A program made the translations under genes and the position numbers. A DNA stretch of 57,039 nt, from the NCBI GenBank assembly GCA_049999805.1, contig JBNGIO010005929.1, positions 1 through 57,039 on the forward strand, read 5' to 3'. Under the pieces are notes generated by a model. It was not told where the DNA came from, did not search any database, and saw nothing but the letters and a program-made list of their open reading frames with translations. Positions 49,513-57,039 of the stretch are shown here, in pieces; the stretch's first letter is position 1, and every line of letters begins with the position of its first letter. The stretch is from Folioceros fuciformis (lineage: Eukaryota).

Positions 49513-50075
49513 TATAAAACCGGGTGAACCTCCAACATAGGGTTCTTCTGTACTTAAGGCCCAAGCGCGTTTGTCTCTGTCTTTCTCGAGTTGGAGTCCC
49601 TGCGAGAGCCACCGGCGATAGGTTTTGGCGCTTGGGTCTTCGATTGCCTCAGGCCGGTCGTAGTGAATCTGGAGTAGCCATGGTGCACGTTGCTTTTTAC
49701 CGGAATTATGGGAAGACGTTCAAGAAGCCGCGGAGGCCGTTCGAGAAGGAGCGGCTGGATGCGGAGCTGAAGCTGGTCGGCGAGTATGGCCTGCGCAATA
49801 AGCGTGAGCTGTGGCGTGTTCAGTACGCCCTGAACCGTATCAGGAACAATGCCCGCATGCTGCTAACATTGGATGAGAAGAGCACGCGCCGCATCTTCGA
49901 AGGAGAGGCTTTACTCCGGCGCATGAACAGGTAGATCTCTGATGGATGGGATCAGGAGAACTGCGATGGATAGGGATCAGCAGACCTCTGATGGATTGTA
50001 TCTAACTGAAGAAACACTTCCCTGCAACTCCGCACCCTAACGGATGCTCATGCTGGGTCCGGGCGATTAGGGTTT
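49513..50075 (+). promoter_or_regulatory. Candidate RPS9 cis-elements: TATA, site-II-like motif, intronic telo-box
   Basis: TATAAAA at 49513-49519, GGCCCA at 49558-49563, TAGGGTTT (reverse complement AAACCCTA) at 50068-50075. These motifs are typical of plant ribosomal-protein genes but are short. Confidence 0.4.
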
Positions 50076-50527
50076 TATTTTGTTATGGACCGCGGTTCAG
50101 GAATACTGGCTGGGTCTTTTGTCGTCTGTTTGTGTGTTGTTTTGGAGCTGAGCACATTTTCCAATTTTTTTCCTTCTGCAGGTATGGCTTGCTGGATGAG
50201 AGCCAGAACAAGCTCGATTACGTGTTGGCCCTGACGGTAGAGAACTTTCTGGAGCGACGGCTGCAGACCTTGGTGTTCAAGTCTGGTATGGCCAAGTCAA
50301 TCCATCATGCCCGTGTGTTGATCAAGCAGAGGCACATCAGAGTCGGCAAGCAGATTGTGGATGTGGCCTCGTTCCTTGTCCGCGTGGATTCTCAAAAGCA
50401 CATCGATTTTGCTCTGTCAAGTCCGCTGGGTGGTGGGCGACCTGGGCGAGTGAGGAGGAAGAACATCAAGGCTGCCTCCAAGAAGGCCGCCGGTGGCGCC
50501 GGAGACGAGGAGGAAGATGATGAGTAG
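49680..50527 (+). CDS. RPS9: 40S ribosomal protein S9 (uS4)
   Basis: Exons 49680-49930 and 50182-50527: [43 protein letters not shown]...[25 protein letters not shown]...acidic tail. Confidence 0.98.
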
Positions 50528-52059
50528 GTTGGACCCTAAAGGGTTTAGCTCGGGGTTTGTTTCAAGCAACTTGTGTTCTGTGCAAGGCTGCTTTTTCCAT
50601 ATGAGATTTTTCTCTTATTAGCGAATTGTAAGCCCGCTACGTGGGTGGATTGTCTCTTCCCTTCGGCATTTGTTTCCTCTGTTTTAAGGGGAAGTCGGAT
50701 GAGTCAATTGAGCATCCCGGATATCCATCTTGTATTTTCTTCCTCTCATTCTGTAGCTTGCGAGCCATCCCGAGGCAGGAAAAGAGCCATGCCATGATGG
50801 CCAATGATCGTGAAGGGCAGTCTCAAGAGCCAAGCCATGGTCTGCGTCTATGTGTAAGGAGCTTGTCTCTGAACAGGTCGATGTCCGCACTGGCTCGTAA
50901 AGACCAAGACCCGACTCGACATAAGATGCGCTCAGAAACGCAAGGTAGGCACTATCGAGGAGACGCATCCAATCAGGAGAACTTTGATGTCGCAAAACCT
51001 TGTCTCCATGGTTGCAGCTCACTTGGCAATGACAGGGCTGCTAGTGGTCGGACCTGAGGTTGGCACACCATGAGTGCGGCTTTGACATGCAGCTACGCAT
51101 GAGGAACAAGCGATTGTAAAGGGTTCTTCTTGCAAGTTAAGCGCACACACACATAATATTTAATGGTGAGGTTGGTACTTTAGAACATGGTTGGTTAGTC
51201 TCAACTTGCATGACAAAGATATAACGATATTCTTTCTCTCAAGAATCATCAAAACTCATTATGGAAATAGCTAACCCTTTGTCATCCCCATGATATTGAG
51301 TACATACACTATAATGAATATCAATCATCCCAACTATAAAACATGAAAACCTCATCTTACAAGTGGGGTCTATAAGACAGCTATGATGTCTTAATAGAAG
51401 GGTTTAAGACATAGGTGTGGAGGTTGCCTAACAGCTTTAGTGAAGAGTGTGTGTTAATGGTTATTTTAGAATCCGTTTATATTATATTGCATCTTGAATT
51501 TATTGTCATACGTGCAAAGCCATTTTTTTAGCTTACAAGAAGTTTTTCTTATCATAAGGGTTGCCATCATAGCTATCTAAAGAGATTCAACCAAATGAAG
51601 ACATACTCACAAGAATGGCATGATTAAGCATCCTAAGCTTAATACATACACTTGGATCAATACTTACATGGGTCCCCAAAGGGAAAGATGCTCTTCATGC
51701 AAATTGACAACGTTATGCAAAGCTTTTATTATGTTTGTGTGATCTTAGCTATCTCTATCATGTTATTAGTTGTTAAGTATCTTAGTCGGGAGGCAGCTAG
51801 GTTCACCATGCTACAAGTTGTTAGGTATTGAGTCCAATGATAGAAATCCATTAATAGTGGACTGTAATAAATGTCTTCACAATGGTACAAGTTGTTAAGG
51901 TTTCAAATCCTTTCATAGAAATCCATCAGATGGCACCCATGCCACATGGCTTATGCCCTTGATGCAGGTAGCATATTGAAGCTCTTACTATGTTGTTGTG
52001 ATCCTAGCATATTCCTATCATGGTAATAGTCGCAAAAGTATATACCAAGTCCCATGATG

Positions 52060-52620
52060 CAAATGCATCCTTCATGGACTTCGATAAATCGCAAGCTTGG
52101 CTTGTCTGTAGAGATCCGTCCTCAGTGGACTTCAATACATGGCACAGGTGACCTACCTACCTACACAAATAAATTCATCCTTCATGGACTTTAATGGATG
52201 GCATGAGTGACCTAACTACATTCAAAAATCTGATCTTCATGGACGTTTGATGGATAGCACACGTGACCTACCTACATAAAGAATTCGGTCTTCATGAACT
52301 TGGATGGTTGGTAAGTGACTTACCTACATAGAGAATCCGGCCTTCATGGACTTTTTATGGCTGGCACCAATGACCTACCTACCTACATGAAGAAATTCAT
52401 CCTTGGTGAACCTGAATGGAAGGCACCAATGGACTATTTTAAATCCATCTGAATGGAAGGCACCAATGGACTATTTTAATCCATCTGAATGGAAGGCACC
52501 AATGGACTATTTTAAATCCATCCTTCCATCCTTACTCAACTTCTATGGAAGACACTAATTGCCTACCCATGGGAATCAATCCTTAGTGGACTTTGGTAAA
52601 CAAAAATGGTGTAAGCCCGT
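52060..52620. repeat. Degenerate 50-60-bp tandem array with an embedded near-perfect 36-37-bp triplication; probable transposon remnant
   Basis: Recurrent ATCCTTCATGGACTT..ATGGATGGCA...TGACCTACCTACA. CTGAATGGAAGGCACCAATGGACTATTTTAA(A)TCCAT occurs at 52412-52448, 52449-52484 and 52485-52521. Confidence 0.85.
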
Positions 52621-53317
52621 TCTTGGTGGACATTAATAAATGATGGGCTACTTGCATTATTACTGCACACATGCCTTTTTGTCTCTCTAATCACAATATG
52701 GGAGTGGGAGAGGTATGTGAAGGGGCAATGGTTATCTAAGGCATTACAGGCTATTAAAATTCAGGTATAATATCTCTCCACTTAAAAAGGATGATAAGAC
52801 TAAAACAACCTTGCCTTTATTATTTTACTTAAATTATTATAATTTCTGACTCCATTCCAGACGCTAATGTATGGTCTGAACATGCAAACCGGACCCGAAG
52901 AGCCCGTCTTATTAGGCCTACTACTGATGCAGTGGGCCCACATTCATCAGTTTGTAAGGCAGTGTAGCCTTTGGCAGTCGGACACCTTTGAGAGGACAGT
53001 CGAGATACGAACCGGCGTATGGGTCAGGTATAGGTGCCAAATTGTTTCAAAAAGTGAAAAGCGTCCCATTGCAGCCCCAATTCTCGACCACAAACCTTCC
53101 ACTTATGTAACTTCATTCATAAACCATGACGTTAACTGTGGGGAACAAGTCATCACAACATCGCGTCACCATGTCCTAAAATCCTACAACCACTCGTCAC
53201 CCAAATTCCTAGACTGCTGAGCGGAAAGTGCCTTCAAAACCCAACACTTTCTCCTCCGTGTGCGGGTACAGCTGAACCAGCACAATTTGTCACCTAATGT
53301 AGTTTGCCGAATTTCGA

Positions 53318-56300
53318 CTATACTGATGGGCAAAGAGCACGTTGGATGTCCTCCAAGGACTTGCCCTTGGTCTCCGTCACGAAGTTGGAGACATAGAGGA
53401 CGGCGAGAAAGCACACAACGGAAAAGCATAAGTATACGCCGGACACACCCACCAGCTCCACGAATGGCAAGAACAACAATCCAATTCCAAAGTTCACGAA
53501 CTGCACAAAGAAACAGATGATCAGGTCAGTTGCTGTATCACGTGAAAGGAAGATGGAATTCAACAATACAGGAGGTGATATGTCTGGTGAGGAGAGTACC
53601 CAGTGTACTCCCAACGACAAGGAAACAGCCTTCGCACGGATTTTTCCAGGAAAGATTTCAGGCAGCAGTAGGGCTGGAACTGGACCGGCTCCCAAAGAGA
53701 AAGCCAGGATATAGCTAGACGGGGAAGCAAAGCATTAGCATTAAGCTAGCATCATAGCAGATTCTCACAAACTAATATTCCACGCCCCTGATTGACAGGG
53801 ATTTGACAAGCAGGAGCAAGCAATACTTACAACACTGTCCCGATAATCGCAAGATATCCTGAATATGATGCGAGAGCAGACCAAGAAAGTCCCAAGGAGA
53901 GAACAAGCATTGAGACAGCCTGAATTCACCGACACCATCAGTACTACCCTTACAAATAGCAGACGCCCTCCTACAGGGACAAGCCAAAGGACAGCGGTGA
54001 GATAATCAGCGAATGAAAACTCTGGAGGGATCTTCACTCACCATTCCCGAGAAGCTTGTCAGCAGCAATGACTTCCGGCCCTGCTTATCCATCAAGTAAG
54101 AAGCGACAAGAGTACCTGCCCACACATTTGACACACACAACAGACCAAGGGTGTAGTAAAACCTATTAACATGGGCTTTGTGGTCAGAGGGAGTAGAATG
54201 CTGTGTGCAGCGAAGCAAGCAGTCTTACCAATGACATTAAATGCCCCCACGGCAGCACTGGCTAGGACATCAGAGGTGATGCCCGCACTCCTGAACACCG
54301 TGGTAGAAAAGTACACCACCGCATTGATGCCTGCTAATTGTTGAAGAAGAAATAGGAATATCCCGACACTGACAACTGCTCGCACACAAAATGAAGAGGA
54401 TATCATGAAAAGTTCTGTAAACAGCACCTTGTAGCAAAACTGTGTGGAGTGCAAAGGGACTAGTGGGAAGAGTGAAGGTGCTAACAAGAGACCTTTGCGA
54501 TATCGTGTACTTGCAAGATCTGTCCAGCTAGCATCCTCATTGCCGTCAGCAGTGCCAGATGCCGTCAGCTCTGCCATGGCTTCTTCTACCCTAGAGCTCC
54601 CCCAGAGCCGTCCAATTGCGTTTTCAGCTTCAGGAAACTTTTTAGCCTGTACGTACAGTGGGGACACATCAGAATTCAAACTAGTTCCCCCATGAGTGGC
54701 ACTTGCATTTTAAAGCATTGACACAAGAGCAGGCACAATTACCTTGTACAGCCAGTGTGGACTCTCCGGACACCAGGACATTCCCACAGCAAGCAGAACA
54801 GCTGGTACAACAGCCAGTGCAAACATGCCTCGCCACCTGAGACAGAAGCACAAAGTCAAATCATCTACAAGGCTCACAGGTCCCAAATTCAGGGAATCAT
54901 AGTTCAAGCTGTGGAAAAACACTCACAAAACAAGTAAAAGAGAAAACAAATGTTCTCAAAAGAAGAGAGGGGAATGTACCAGGATGGACTTCCTGCGAGG
55001 GGTAAACCAGCAACAAGTGCAAACAATATGCCAAAACAGATGCAAAGCTGGTTCCACGATCCAAGTGTTCCACGAATGTCTGTAGGAGAAATCTGGATTG
55101 CAACAACAAGCAATAGGTACAACACCATCAATTCTAGCTGGATGTGCAAATGTGACACATATGAGCACAAAGAAGAGAATGACAAAGCATGTGCACCTCA
55201 GAGATGTACAGTGGCACAATAGCAGAAGAAACTCCGATCCCAAGCCCCGCAAGAGTCCGTCCAATAACCATTGGGACCCAATTGCTTGCAGTCGCACTGA
55301 AGCGAACTTCATCTTAGTGCAGGCACGTCAGACAAAGCAACAGCGAACCATAAAATCCACTAACCAGGATATCTATACGTATAAATGACATCTTCAGCAC
55401 GAAAGAACTGTCGAGATAATATGCAAGTAACAGGGACCGACTCATACCTGAGAATGGTGCCAACGATAAGAGGGATTGCATTTAGTTGAAAGGTGCGTGT
55501 GCGACCAAAGTTGTCTGCCAAATTGCCTCCTATCAAGGAGCCAAAAAAAGCTCCTGCCAGCGTTGAGCTGACAACGGCCCCTGGTTGCCAGCAGGGTGAG
55601 CCAAAGATAAAGCTTCAGTCAGCACATCAACATTCACGCCGAACCTCAACACGAATAGACATCACACAAAGAGCAATGTCCTGCAACAAAAACTCTGAAA
55701 ACATGTACCTTTAATCAGAGTGCTACCAGAGAAGCCAAGGTCCTTAGCAAGGTAGTCCATGGCACCGTTGACTACCCTGAATACGCAGACGTAAACGAGA
55801 TATCATTCCTAGGACTCAGTAGTCCTTGATGACTGATTAAGCATGCAGGCATTTCGGCAGCACCCAAAGCCAGTGGCTGCAAAACTGTGGCAACCCAGTG
55901 AAAACATCCGGGTCAATCACTTCACCGATGAAAACTCACCCAAGGTGATAGCCAAAAAGGACAGCTCCCAAACAGGCCACGATGACCGGAGGATAGACAG
56001 ATGCTCCTGTTGACCGCTTTCTTGCAGTGACCAACTCTCCATGTTCCTCTGCAAGATGATGGAAGTCAGATCTCCACAAACTGTGTCAAGTGCACACAAA
56101 CTAGTCCACGAACAATCATGAATGACCCAATGCTCGTCTAGTCCATTTTTGACATAATCGTGTTTCAGGCCTGGGGCACTTGGGGATGCTGTCTAGCAGA
56201 AAACCATGTTAACGACACCATGACCAGCATACGGGGCCGCGGGGACGACTTTTCTGCCTCCTTCACCTGCTAACTTTTCCGGTTCTACCTCACTCCAGAC

Positions 56301-56719
56301 GTCCGCACAATCTCACAACCTCCATCAGTAGGTGGAGCAACAAGAAGACGGGCAATCAGGGACTTCTCGCAAGGCGTAAAATACGAGGCCTTCTCACTAC
56401 ATGCAATCCTCCTCGTGAGGTGTTATAGGTAGAGACCAGCAGCAGCCTGCGCGACGATAGTTGAGACGCGCTTATGCGATAACTTTCTTGATGCGATTAG
56501 CCCCCCCTCCGACATCCCGATGCCCAGGGGGACCCCCAAATGCGATGCTCTAATCGGACTCCCTTCCTTGCCCCCGACACTCTGTACTAGCAGAGGTTTG
56601 ACATGAGAGCTGCTCCTGCTCACTCGAAAGCGGATACGACCTGCTCCCCAAGCACGGTGATGTAACAGGCTCGCAGTCGGTCCCAAATTGGCCGCGCTGC
56701 TGACGGACAAAGTCTGCAT
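53318..56719 (-). CDS. pGlcT: Plastidic glucose transporter (MFS sugar porter), multi-exon
   Basis: S/A/R-rich transit-peptide-like exon 1; GAVLFGYHLG; GGNLADNFGRTRTFQL; EISPTDIRGTLGS.NQL.IC.GIL; CPESPHWL; FLLQQLAGINAVVYFST; LMDKQGRKSLL; GAGPVPALLLPEIF; ETKGKSLEDI. ATG 56719, TAG 53318-53320. Confidence 0.93.
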
Positions 56720-57039
56720 TGCGTCGGGTGTGCCTGGTCACCGGCGGGCAGGATGCTTAGACGCAGTGGAAGAAGATAAGCAAATCTTTCCGCCTCCTGA
56801 AACGCACACGTGCGCACCACAACATGCATGAGCACGCTAAGTTTAGCAAAGCAAGTACGGACTCAGACTGGTAGCAGGAGGAGGAAGGAGCTGAGACACC
56901 ACTTCCGGTGCGGGAGCGAATGTCAGGAAAAGCGCAGACCGGGCAAAATGGCTAAGGAACAAGCGATTGACGAGTATGCGAGGCAGCAGAGTCCTGCAAG
57001 ACCTCAAAACAGCTAGTAAAGCCACAACATCAACAAATC

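Noticed and set aside
50641-51057. 138-aa ORF downstream of RPS9
   Set aside because: No recognisable domain; its start lies in intron-like sequence and it is better explained as UTR or intergenic DNA.

Overview
Gene-dense, intron-rich nuclear DNA of a land plant. Short introns (mostly about 70-150 bp), tiny intergenic gaps and hornwort/fern-type PPR editing factors point to a hornwort-like genome; this is an inference. In order, the window holds: the 5' end of an F-box gene (missing from the ORF track), WDR11, S6 kinase, a tight cluster of three PLS-class PPR RNA-editing genes, an NDUFAF4-like gene, an intronless soluble pyrophosphatase, a GATL glycosyltransferase, a tandem-BRCT+BAH protein, a transposon graveyard (tandem repeats, LINE ORF1, deleted Ty1/copia with its 3' LTR), a tandem CCCH zinc-finger gene, RPS9 and the plastid glucose transporter. 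Three signals stand out. (1) A DYW:KP-type (putative U-to-C, reverse-editing) PPR gene whose upstream exons splice in frame onto the PPR exon and encode two decaying OSB-type PDF (ssDNA-binding) motifs. (2) That gene is packed against two E+-class PPRs whose L motifs carry a recurring 16-aa insert. (3) A 53BP1-like tandem-BRCT protein with a C-terminal BAH domain that is visible only after splicing. All exon models were built by eye, and family assignments rest on remembered motifs rather than database searches.
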